Below are positions 27,929 to 40,680 of a DNA stretch of 63,562 nucleotides, piece after piece (position 1 is the first letter of the stretch; each line of letters starts with the position of its first letter). The notes beneath the pieces are model-generated. The model worked only from the letters and a program-made list of their open reading frames with translations. It searched no databases and was not told the origin of the DNA. Made by a program: the position numbers and the translations under genes. The DNA is taken from assembly GCF_001194135.2 (NCBI RefSeq), contig NC_068995.1, positions 33,068,014-33,131,575 on the forward strand. Direction: 5' to 3'. The DNA is from Octopus bimaculoides. Taxonomy: Eukaryota.

Positions 27929-29250
27929 CTGAAAAATAAAATAAGAGAAAAAACTAGAACACTTCTATCAAGAGCATAAACAAATTCAAATATATATCAT
28001 TGTCATTTAATGTCCACTTTTCCAATGATTGCATGGGGTTGGATGGAGTTTGTTGGAGCAGATTTTTCAACAGTTGGATGCCCTTTTTGTTGACAACTTT
28101 CACCTGCCTCCAAGTAAGGTAATATTCTCCATGGCCTCATGTTTTCATGGACGATTGTAAATGAAAGGTAGTTTCTATGACAATGACATTTGCTTGAAGT
28201 CAAAGCATGGAGACAGTGACACACACGCACACATACAATGAGCTTCTTTCAGTTTCGGTTGACCAAATTCACTCACAAAGATTTGGTCAGTTTGATAGAA
28301 GACACTTGCCCAAAGTACCATACAGTTGGAGTGAACCTGAGACTGTGTCATTGGAAAGCAAACATCTTACCAAGCAGCCATGCCTCTCTCTCTCTCTCTC
28401 TCTGTATATATGTATATACATTCACATACACACAGAGCAAATATATATTTACATAGGCATGATATAAGTGCAGGCTTGTTTCTACTCTATGAACACTGTT
28501 GGCTGATGTCTTCTACAATAGCGACAAATTGACCAATATCTTGTGAATGAAATATAGAAGACAGAAACTGGAAAAAGCCTAGTGTGTGTGTGTTCCCCTG
28601 TTCTGACTTGAGTATGCTATAAACAAAAGTCCCTGTTATACAGTGTTATTTGTTTGCACTCCTTTACAAAAGCATGTTTGGTCAGTGAGGTATGAGTTGT
28701 TCTCAAGGACTAAGAGATACATTAACATTTTTTGGAAACAGGTGAGACTGAGAAGAAGAGCATCTGGACATAGGAAAACATCTGTCACCCCAGAACTTCA
28801 TCTGACCAATGCAAACAGGAAAATAGGAAATCATCATCATCATCATCATCATTTAATGTCTGTTTTCTCTGCTGGCAAACAGAAGAGCTGCACCAGGTTC
28901 CAGTCTGATTTGGCTTGGTTTCTACAGCTGGATGCCCTTCCTAACATCAACCACTTTACAGTATGTGCTGGGTGCCCTTAACATAGAACCAGCATGGGTA
29001 TTATTATGTGGTGCCAGCACAGGTGCTTTTTACACAGTGCCCACACATGGCTCTTGCAAAATGGATGCTAAAATGATGATGCATGTATGTCCGTTTCATT
29101 TGGTCTTGACAGAGTGCAATAGCTATAAACAAGTGTCACCATCACAGAAGCAGTATCCATCTCCAATCTTTCACAAAAATATGCCCAGTCACAAGGAAAT
29201 ATCACCTTGCTTGGAAAAAGATGAGTGCTTGTAGCAGTAAGGGTACAAAC

Positions 29251-29470
29251 TTAATCCTTTAGCATTCTGCTCACTCTGTCAAATGTAATGCTTATTTATT
29301 CATATTGTTTTGAATTCAACATGCATTAGCTTGTAGCTTTGAGATTTTGATGATGTGATAGCATATTTTTAGAATGATATTGTAGGGTAGGTGTAAGAGG
29401 CCAGATCTTGATAGTTTGAACATAAAACAGGTAGAATATTTGGGCTGGATATGGCCAGTTTAAATGCTAA
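29251..29470. mobile_element. piggyBac-type MITE family 1, copy 5
   Basis: ttaatcctttagcatt...taaatgctaa. Reverse-complementary to copy 4. Confidence 0.75.
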
Positions 29471-29574
29471 CAAATTGATGAATTCCATCCGATCTATACA
29501 AGCACGGAAAAGTGGAGATTAAAACAATGATAGTATGTTTTGCATATAGATGTGTACATGTTGCATATGTATAG

Positions 29575-29940
29575 TTTTATTCATTTACTTGTTTCAATCA
29601 TTTGACTGCATCCATGCTGGAGCATCACCTTTAGTCAAACAAATTGACCTCAGAACTTATTCTTTGTAAGCCTAGAACTTATTCTATTGGCCTCTTTTGC
29701 CAAACCGCTAAGTTATGAGGACATAAACACGGACACACAAACACATACATACATACATGCATATATATATATATGATTGGCTTCTTCCAGTTTCCATCTA
29801 CCAAATCCATTCACAACACTTTGGTCGGCCCAAGGCTATAGTTGAAGACATTTGCCCAAAGTGCCACACAGTGGAACTGAACCTGGAACCATGTGGTTGG
29901 GAAGCAAGCTTCTTACCATACAGCCACTCCTGTGCCTATA
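29575..29940 (-). mobile_element. SINE family A copy
   Basis: Similar to 8620-9020. Confidence 0.75.
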
Positions 29941-30475
29941 TATAATGTGTTATATGCATCATCATCACCATACACACACACACACATACATACACATGCA
30001 TGTATAGCTCTATGTATTCACACATATGTATACATACATATATACAAATGCATTTAAAAGTCATATTCACACACACATAATCATCAGCATCATCATTTAA
30101 TGTCTGTTGTCCATATTGACATGAGCTGGACAGTTAGACCAGGGTTGGTAAGCTGAGGGGCTACACCAGACTCCAGTCTGATTTAGCATGGTTTCTACGA
30201 CCAGACACCCTTCCTAACACCAACCATTCTGAGAGTTTAATGGGTGCATGACACCAGTATCTGCCACAACTATTTTGCTTGGTTTGATGGGTCTTCTACT
30301 CAAGCATGACATATTGCCAAAGGCCTCAGTTATGTGTCATTGCCTGCCAGACTTCAATATTCCATTGTATTAAACTTTGAAAATTCACATCTACAATGCT
30401 TTCCTAGATGTGCAGGCATGATTTTGCAGGAAAAAGAGTTTACTTCCCAATCATGTAGTTTGGATTCAGCCCATG

Positions 30476-30543
<68 letters not shown>

Positions 30544-30845
30544 CTGAGAGAGAGAGAGAGAGAGAGATAGTGACTCTCAATTGTAACTGTCAGATGATTG
30601 ATGCCAACATTTCCAATGTTGTGTAAAAACATGTCTGGCCAAAACGAATATTGCTTTGCTTGGAGACAGGTGAGGGTTGGCAACTGGAAGGACATCCTGT
30701 TATGTCTGACCTTTGCAAGCATAGAAAAAGGAATGAGAAAACAATGATGATAGCATAGTATGTTACTTCTAGCATGGAATAGGCTACAATAAATGAAGAT
30801 AGCAAACATGTTTGAAAGAATAACAGAAGACAAACAATAACAACT

Positions 30846-31069
30846 TTAACCCTTTAGCATTCAGATTATATTGTCAAATGTAAAGCTTATTCATATTGTT
30901 TTGAATTCATCATGCATTATCTTGTAGCTTCAAGATTTCAATGACATGACTGTTTACTTTTAGAATGACATTGTAAGATAGGTGTGTGTGAGAGGTCAGA
31001 GCTGGCCAGTTTAAACAAAAAAACATGTAGACTATTTAGGATACAGCTGTTTAAATGCCAAAAAGTTAA
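30846..31069. mobile_element. piggyBac-type MITE family 1, copy 6
   Basis: ttaaccctttagcattcag...aatgccaaaaagttaa. Confidence 0.75.
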
Positions 31070-34000
31070 TTTTCATAACTGTTCTTCCAATTCCATGTAG
31101 TTTGCTTAAGAGATAATATTTTACAATCAAGGGAACACACTGTATAGTGAGATGAGATCACCAATATAAAATATATCTAGTGCTACTGTGAACTGATGCG
31201 AATTGCTGCTGTGAATAAGGTGAAATAAAAATGTTGTAGGATATATGAAAGAAAAACAAAACAAAAGGATTAAAATAAAATAAGCTAACATCAAAAGTTT
31301 ACAGTGTTAGCTGTAACCAAGGAAGATGTACAATTAAATAATTAAAACAACAATAAGAAAAAAGTATTGGTTAGACATTTTTTAATCGATCATTTTGACC
31401 CAGGTCATTGTTACTACACTGCAGGTTTGGTAAACAATCGATTAATAATGGTACTGAAATTTGAGTAGCAACAGAATAAAATGTAGACTATTTTTCAGGA
31501 AGAAACAACTGGATACGTGAGGTAGTGCATGAATGAGAAAAAAATGTTAGAGAGGCAATTATTGTAATGCTTTTGACATGTGATATAGTGGATCATTATA
31601 AAGTACCGCAAGTTTATCTTTAATAGTAGTACCTGAGGCCAAGGTTGACCAAAGAAAGAATAAGAACTCACAATATAACTCAAAAGATTAATATTGATAC
31701 AAATACAGCACATACTGTAAAGATGTGATACGGTAGACCCTTCTGACATAAAACCAATATAACGATGAAATAGTTGTCATGTAAACAATATATTCTGAAG
31801 CATCCTTTACTAAATATTAAAGCAAACATAAACCTCATTAATTTGTTTAGATTGCTACTCATCTGTTTATTGATCGAATCAAGTCATTGAAACATCACAG
31901 TGCTGTATAAAGAAATCAAAAACTACAAACCACCAGAGTCTATAGCCTAGATCTTTAGTGAAATGGAAATCAACTCATTTCTGTTTTCACTTTGATATAG
32001 AATTTTAGCTAAATGCAGACATATTTTTAAAATAACTTTCAATGTAATTCTAAAACATAACAAGTGAATAAAATCTAGTGATTTTAACCTAGCTAACGCC
32101 TAGTTTAGAGCAAAGAGATTAAAACAAATTCACAACTTATTTCTCATGTTTTAAAAATGATATCCTCTTATTTTGATTATTTCAGATACTCTTAAAGCCA
32201 AAAAATTCAAGAGCTTAATAAGCATTGATATATTTTGAAACACTATTTCACTTTTAATCAGGAAGACAGAGAAAAGAAAAATTGTTGCTTCTAAATTGTC
32301 ATAAGATTTAACTCAAAATAGAAATCATAATAATTCTTACTTTATTAGTCAGTAGTAATTTATATGAAATAATTTACCCATAATTAATAAATGGCAAAAA
32401 TGTGAAACTATTTTAATATAGGAGACCAGTTTGTACAGTTCCCTTCAACCATTAAAATATTACTCAGATGTATATTTCTAAAATAATCTATGCATTAATG
32501 ATTCATTTCAAACTCAAGTGCAAAATGTCCAAGTAAAACATCTATAAATAAATTTTGAAAAAGTTAAAACTTCAAAACTATGTACTGGTAACAAAAACAA
32601 ACTAAATCCACTTTTAAAACGTGACAACAAAATGAATAGACTTTCTTTGATAGTAAATAGAATGGGGGAAAACATTACAAAACAATTTTGATATATTTTA
32701 TGTGACCTGTGAAACAGGCCAGTCAGATGTGAAGCCCGTGACATCAATGGTATTAAAGAACATAAATAATATTTATTGGGCAGCATTATCACCACCCTTC
32801 ACAAACCATGTACAAGTTTCACCAAGATTTCAGTATTGATGATATATTGCAAAGAAACAAGATATACAAAGGTTTGCAAGGGAGGCTTACACTTTAGAAT
32901 ACATTGACGAGATCTTGTCTTTTGGTTAATTCTTAAAGTAACTCTGCATGAAGCTGGGGCATTCATGGTGCATTACATGCATGAAGTGAATACAAATTAT
33001 CCTCTTAAATATGTAAAATAGAGAAATATTTGGAAGTGTGAGAAAATGTAACCATACTTTATGCAAAGTGAAGTTGAGTCAAAATAAATTTTTGCCACAA
33101 ACACCGGAATATAATCAGTGTAAAATATATTTAATAGAATTGAGAATGACAGGCAGCTGAGAGTGGCAGTGTACTCACTAAAATAGAATGTCTGAAGAAA
33201 TAGAAAACTTTAATGTTTAGTCAGTTGTAATAATATTAATGTATAGAGAATATATAGTCTCAGTGCAAGAAATATTTCAAGTGCTTATATATTTTCAGAA
33301 GCTATGGTGAACACTTCTCTACAATAAAAGAATTTGTTTTTCCTGCATACACCATTACAACTATCATCAGTATGAAACAATAGAATAACTGAACTGACAG
33401 TTCTAACTTATGAATTTTGCTAAGCTTGAAAATGTTTTATTGAAGCAGTGGTTTGCTAACAAGTTTATACTTCTGAAATACAATGGATTCTTCATATTCT
33501 AATAGAAAAACACTACTGATTCTACAAAGCCTAAGTGTAGCTAAAGAAGTGCTGGAAGAAAGTTAACAGAATTTATTTATCAGAAACATAATAAATATAA
33601 TGCCAGTACTTAATTTAAACGACTGACACTTAAGTTCACTCCTTTAAGATATAAACTCAATATATAATGTAAACTCTGCAAGGCATAAATTAATTTAATG
33701 GCAGTTGTGTGTCACAATCAGCAGAGTGCTGGACAAATATATAAATGTAGATAGGTGTAAGCATACATAGTAGAACTAGATGCAGCACATGTGAACCATG
33801 ATATAGTTTCAACTTAGTACTAAGAGTTCATGTATGTATGTGCTCATGTCTATGAGTTGATGCATGTTTGTGTGTTAAAAAATCTTGATTTTCATGTTAT
33901 ACACAACTGTGATCTTGAAACAACATTATCTTGATGTAATAATTAACTCTGAATGGTTGTGACTATATTTCCAGGTTTAATTCAACAGTGGCAGTCATGA

Positions 34001-36458
34001 GAATGTCATTATAACTACCATTTATAGACCACTTAAAAACCAATTTGTTGGTTTTTAATTGCATGTCATATTGTTACTGTAGTTTTCATTTGAGAGAGAA
34101 TAACTGTGGCATTACTTCATTATATTTATTTTTTTCACTTGGTAACCAGAAGAGACATTTATTAACAATATTTTTTAGACATTTATTAACCATTTTTTAA
34201 AGTTCACAATAAAAATATGTTAGGATTCAAATCAATTTGTACAATTTCTTGTTATGCCTTTGTTGTCATAATAAATGGCCATGATGACAAACTATGCAAC
34301 CCATCTAAAAATTCACACAGCAATCTTTCTTCCATGAAAACTCTTCAGATTAATCTAATAAAATAACCTGTTACCGAGAATCCATTGGACACAACAGAAA
34401 TCAGTAGTTGATATCTTCAAGAATACAATTTATACTCAGTCCCACAGCTGTTCCAATACAACAGCCGGTGTGCATAAACAGTGACCCAATAATGAACAGT
34501 ACCAAATTTGTTGTAAAACATTCCATGAAGTCTTGTTGTTGACATTTTAAAACACCTACTTTTATATTAACAAGGTCAGAAGTTAAGACAGACCCACCTA
34601 TATCTATTTTAAGCTTACGTGTGTATTTATTGCTAAATTATATTTAATATGATAGCAATGTTAATACAAATAATAACTGTTCACATTGGTACAATGTCAT
34701 AATGTTGTAGAAAAGGGTAGAGGAGTTAATTGAATTGCCATTTGCTTACTACTTATTTTATCAAGTCTGGGGATCTGTGGAGATGGAAAGCAATACCAAC
34801 TGCAGCAGGGTTTGAATTCAGAACACAGACTAATAAAAAAAATTAGTCTGATGCAAGAAGCAGTCATTATTATCGTTGCTTCCCTAACTTCATAATCATT
34901 AATTTCTACCATATGCACAACACCTCACACTTAAATGATCAGCATAGTCAATTAGATCAACCTTTGCGACTCCAGAAAAATGAAAGGCAAAGTCAACAAC
35001 CTTAGTGGAATCAAGATTCAGAATGTTTTGATACGTAACTAATAGCATTTTGTTGACCAACTGCTTTGCTAATTTTACCAATCCACTGTCCTACTTCTAT
35101 AACAATAAAAGTTCTTATATAACAAACTTCATATTTATACTGAACAAGAGCTACCGTGTTGCAATATTTATAAACATAAAAATAATTATAATAATAATCA
35201 ACAGTTCTACTAAGCTAAAAGGCTAATTTTGTGGATATAGCCATAGTTATTCAACTGTTAGACACTTGTCATAATCCTCAGACAAAAGTGTCTATATTAT
35301 AAAATCATAAGCACAACCCAACTTACGCATTTCCACAGTTTCCATTAAGTAATTAGCTAGCTATCATTACATAAATTTCAACAGCTGTCATTTTGAAAGC
35401 AAACTTACATTTACAATAATTCAAATCTACCCATTAGAAATGCATTTTCAGAATATAGTGACTAGTATGAAACAATGAATAAGGTAATGATAACTGCTAG
35501 AACTTCTTTTAATTCTGATTGAAAAAGAAATGGTTGATTGATTAACTTAAAAATTGGCAAGGAATTTTCAAAATGAAAGTGTTATTAGATAAAAAAAATA
35601 AGGTTGAATGTTAGATAATCTATTCCAACAATAAGTAGAAAGTACAAATGGTGAAGGCTAAGAATTTGTACCTCATGTGTATTGCTTCTTTTCTAAAACA
35701 CAAGTCAATTAAAAAATGAACTTGATAAATTATATTAATTAATGCAAACATGACATCCCAGAACTGAAATAAATAACAACAAAAATTTAACAGATGGAAT
35801 TATAAACAGTACCTAATTCAATACAGGGAGGAAGAAGCTCAATTAATATTCTATTGCTAGTAGAGCTAATTTTCATAGTTACATGCATGCAAACAAACAA
35901 ACGTGTGTGTGTTGAACACATATTCTCACTGTTCAATATTAGTGTTTGTGTGTGCATGTGTATATACCAATGAGTATTAGCAATTAAATAAACACAAGGT
36001 GATGACTAAACAGTCAGAAGTTCAAACACTAATAAAATGCATTATTGCATGCCACATATTGCAAGTTTAATTGCACAAAAGGAAATATTTCTCACCAAGA
36101 AGATAAAGACAATGGGGAAAAAGGTTCAATAAAAGGTAAACCACTTAGAAATTAATTAGAAGAAAATACAACAAACTAAAATGTTGAGAGCGAAATAGAC
36201 AATTTTGATCAGCCATACCTAAATGAAATTCTTATAACTAAAAGCTACTTAAACTGACCTGTGATATAAATATGCTTACATTTATAGTGATGATAGAAAT
36301 GTCTGATAAAGCTAGTAAAAAAAATATATGATAACCATTACTGCTTAAGTAAAGAAAAACATTTCAGTATTTCTTCAGTTTAACAGGTATGGATGTTCTA
36401 AATTATATTCAACTAGTAACATATCACTTTAATGCAAGTGCAGAGATAATACTTTAAC

Positions 36459-36683
36459 TTAACTGTTTAGCATTTAAACTGGTCATATCCAGCTCAAATA
36501 TTCTACTCATTCTATGTTCAAGTTGACTAGATCCAATGTCTCATACCTACCCTACAATGTCATTCTAAAAATAAACAATCACATCAAAATCTTGAAGCTA
36601 TGAAATAATGCATGGTTAATTGAAAACAATGTGAATAAATAAGCTTTACATTTGACAGAATAATCTGAATGCAAACGGATTAA
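36459..36683. mobile_element. piggyBac-type MITE family 1, copy 7
   Basis: ttaactgtttagcatt...gaatgcaaacggattaa. Confidence 0.75.
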
Positions 36684-37429
36684 TGTTTGTAAAAATGTTC
36701 AAGAAGCACAAAACAAAATTCAAGAGGAAGTGCAATGTGTAACAATGGACAATGTATTGAAGGATACAATAAGTTCGTAGTTTAAAATAGGACTTTCTAT
36801 TTATAATTTAACAGATTTATCTGAACAAGAAAAAATACTATTTGACACAACAAATAAATAAAACATGCAATATGCTAAACAAAATTCAGAACAGAAAAAC
36901 CTTCAGCATTTTCATTCCAAAAGGGATTTTCAACCCAATACTTATATGCTGTTATTTATAGCAAGGACCACTATTCAAAGTAGGAATTATTATTATATAT
37001 GATGGACTCTCCCATCAAGGACAATGTATGAGCATTCAGCTTCTGCTGAACAACCAGCCCAAATGATTTATTTATAGTGATCAAATGTATCTTCTGTACA
37101 TCAGCTCACACTCTCCATCAAATCAACATTGTCTGAACTGTTGCACAGTGTACATGTCAGGTGTCAAAGTGATCACAGAGCAATGTGAGATGAAGTGTTT
37201 TGCTCAAGAACACAATGCACAACCAGGTCTAGCAATTGAAATCACAATCACTAGACCGTGGGTGCAACACCCTAACCACTAAGTTATGTGTGTACACTCA
37301 GTGTAATTTAAACCTTACATTGCACAACAAATAACCGAGAGAAGCACCTTGTTCAATCAGTTTGATATCAGCAACTACTATATTTTCATCTCACCTGTAC
37401 ATCTAAATAAATCTCCCATTTTCACTTAA

Positions 37430-38060
37430 ATATCACCACTCTTAGCAAGGATGAGTTCAATATAATTTTCACAGCAAGGAAAAGTTTGATCAAATTCAAC
37501 CAAGTTCTCTGGTCCCATAAATAAAAAAGGATTATTTTGACATTCAAATGGGTTCTTCTAATTTGGCTCAAGTTATGGACCTGGATGAACTGTTTTTGTT
37601 GTATCAACTTACAGACAAGTTTCCAGGAAATTGATGAAGGGTTATAAAGGGAAGGTGCTCTAACTGTAGAAGACTATAAACCTTTCCCCTTAGAAAGGCT
37701 TCATAAAAGACTAATTAGATTCTTCCAAAATTATAATCTTTCTATCTCTTCAGCACTAATACCAAAATAACAAATTTTCTTCATGGTACTTTTTAAATAG
37801 ATGCTTACCACAAACCAAACAAAAATTTACACTACATACACTGATTATCTAATCATCTTAGATCCATGTTAAACATAACTAGTTAGAAATATTTCCCTTA
37901 CAATCTCTAAATTATCAGCAAATAAATTTTCAAACAACAATACTGAATATTACGATGAGGCACTGCAAAGAGGTGAGTTTCAGGATGATATCAAGTACAT
38001 TACTCCAGATGAACAAGAGTACCATACCAGTAAGATCAATAATTTCTATAGAAGCTGAAA
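37430..38060 (+). mobile_element. Penelope-like retroelement RT remnant (many stops and frameshifts)
   Basis: Piecewise translation gives FNIIFTARKSLIKFN, DYFDIQMGSSNLAQVMDLDELFLL, GL*REGAL, LERLHKRLIRFFQNYNLSI, AYHKPNKNLHYIH, and SKLSANKFSNNNTEYYDEALQRGEF. These parallel the Penelope motifs FDVxMGS, GLYRDDGL, YxKPN..YIH and the C-terminal Y..AL..SGF, in the same order. Confidence 0.72.
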
Positions 38061-38559
38061 TGGCAGCAAGACTTGTTTACATGTACAAGGTATTAGAAAA
38101 TACTTATAAAGCAAGTTGTTGATGACTTATTTTCTCCTTGGAATATAATTGAAACAATTAAACAAATCAACACTGATTGTCAAGGGGAGGTGGAGGACAA
38201 ACATAAACACACACAAACATGTGTGTGTGTGTGTATATATACAAAGGACTTCTTTCAGTTTCTGTCTACCAAATCCATTCACAAGGCTTTGGTTGGCCCA
38301 GAGCTACAGTAGAAGACACTTGCCCAAAGCGCCACTCAATAGAACTGAACCAGGAACCATGTGGTTGGAAAGTAAACTTCTTACCACAGAGTCACACTTG
38401 CACCTATGTACATACTGCACCCACCTTCACCCAGGAATCAAACACTGGTCTCCTGCATCACAGGTGGGAAACCAGTGTTTGAATTGCCACATTTATCTAT
38501 CTTATGTTTATTTAATGAAATAGAAACACTGTTGTTCCTAAACCTCTCAACGAGATATT

Positions 38560-38777
38560 TTAGCCCCAGGAGACATTGTCTCCAGCTGGCTATATGACAC
38601 ACAATCTGTGTCCTTATATTTTCAAACGGGGAGGTTAGCACCCCCACCCAGCACAAAGCAGTATCTGTGGACTGTATGGTTTCGGGGTTATTTCCCTTCG
38701 TAGGCACAGAATCCCCACATCTCTTTGGCTGAGATGGCTAAACAACAGTAGCATTCGCCCCAAAATGGGACTGCCAC
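38560..38777 (-). mobile_element. GC-rich structured segment resembling an RTE 5' leader
   Basis: Minus strand has gctgggtgggggtgctaacctccccgtttgaaaa, similar to the end of RTE 5' UTRs as I recall them, plus short hairpins. Confidence 0.35.
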
Positions 38778-40329
38778 ATTAGGTTGGCAAAAAATCGTTA
38801 CATTATTTAATGTTTATGCAACAAATAATCCTTGCAAACTACAAACTCATGTATTTAAGGTAAATTTCCATGGATACTGTTTTATTCAAAGTTAGCTCTC
38901 TAGCTAAATCTCAATCACCGCTGCTTGTCTCTGAATCTTTTTACATGACAACTAAGAGGCAAATTCAAATCAGTTTAAAATATCTCCACATTGGTTTTAT
39001 GTATGCGTGTATGATAAATGAACTCATTCATCAGCTGTCATTTGTAAACGAGATAAAAGCCAATTACTAAGATTCACCACTGACAAGTGTAAACTAATCA
39101 ACTTGTTCAAATGATTATTTTGTGGGGGAATGGGGGGAGGGTACTGATAAATTTTAAAGACACATCATTTTAAGTTGATATTTCTACAGCCTTTTAGTAA
39201 AATTAATTCCAATCATGTTTCTCAGCACATCTTTGCAAAAAGGAAATAATTAGACTTCTATACTTTTTCTATTTGTTTTACACATACCATCAAGAGATCT
39301 TCAGTTTTTTCAACAATTCTAAATGTTTAATTAGATTTTCAAGAAATCTCTTGAAATACTTTTAAATTGAAACAGTTCTGTCTCAACATAAACTGATAAA
39401 TTAACAAGTTTGACACCAAAATACTGCTCTATAAGGTAGAGGCATGACCGTGTGGTAAGAAGTTTACTTCTCAACCACATTTCTGGGTTCAGTTGCATTG
39501 CATGACATCTTGAGCAAGTGTCTCCTATTACAGCCTCAGGCCAACCTGTGTTATGAGTGGATTTAGTAGACAGAAACTGAAAGAAGCCCAAAAGAAGTCT
39601 CAAAATTTAAACAAAAACTTGATAAAGGAATGAATGGAAAATTAACACACAAGACATGACACACACTCAGATTATATTCATATATATATATATATAAAAA
39701 CATACATACACACACATATATCTGAGTGTGCATGTGTCTTTGTATTCCCCACCACCACTTGACGACTAGTGTTGGTGTGTTTACATCCCCTTGACTCAGT
39801 GGTTCAGCAAAAGTGGGCAGAGAGAATAAGTACCAAGTTAAAAAAAAATGTACTGAGGTGAATTTACTCAACTAAAATTTAAGAGACCAATATTCCTACA
39901 CACGAATAGATGATAGCATGATACATCCTCTCTTTCTTCTGTATTCATTTTTATTATTATTTCTATTCTGTTGTTCTTCACCACCTCATCCCATTTTCTA
40001 CACTGTCAGTCATCTCCTCTCCCCTAGCTCCCCCTAATGCATGTATCAAGAGATGCAATTTGATTATAGGCAGGCTGAGAGAGGACTTTGAATTTACTAA
40101 TAAGATCACCTTTAAAATATATTCTTCAAACGTTCAGAGGGCATCCTAGAAATAGTTAACAACCTCTGTTAACTAGTTTGTTTTATTGGCAGTCAAAAAC
40201 TGAGCATCAAAAGCACAGCACCCAGATTAAGAATAGACTGGAAATGGTTCAGGAAACTTACAATTGCTAGCAACAAAGGAATTATTTTTCCAAGTAAAGA
40301 GCAAATTATATGATGTTTGAGTACAAAGA

Positions 40330-40680
40330 GAGATGTTGTATGGTAAATCAACATAGGACTGAATGAGGAGATTGTGTGAATGCTGGAATGAAAATGAGGA
40401 AAGCATGTTCCATTGGATGCGTAATGTCAGAGTGTGTGAACAAATGAATACAAAAGGAATCTGATTAGTGTGAAAGAGTGAGAAAACAGCTGGCATGAAC
40501 AATGAAAGTTGGATGAAGATGGGCTAAGTGATAGAGTGGAAGGAATCTGCAAAAAAGTAACACAAGCAAAGATGTCATGTGGGATGATCTCAAGATGCTA
40601 AGCCTCACAAAGGTGACATGAGACTGCAAGAGACTGTAGAAGCAGATCCACCAAACCCATGCAAACAGACATAATGAGTG
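40330..40680 (+). mobile_element. Decayed RTE ORF 3' end
   Basis: NEESMFHWMRNVRVCEQ parallels the RTE C-terminal ERNEASMLRWMCNVSV, followed by a decayed ...WDDLKML. Confidence 0.55.

Noticed and set aside
31518-31540. tgaggtagtg, a let-7-like seed
   Set aside because: It diverges after 9 nt and no complementary arm forms a hairpin.
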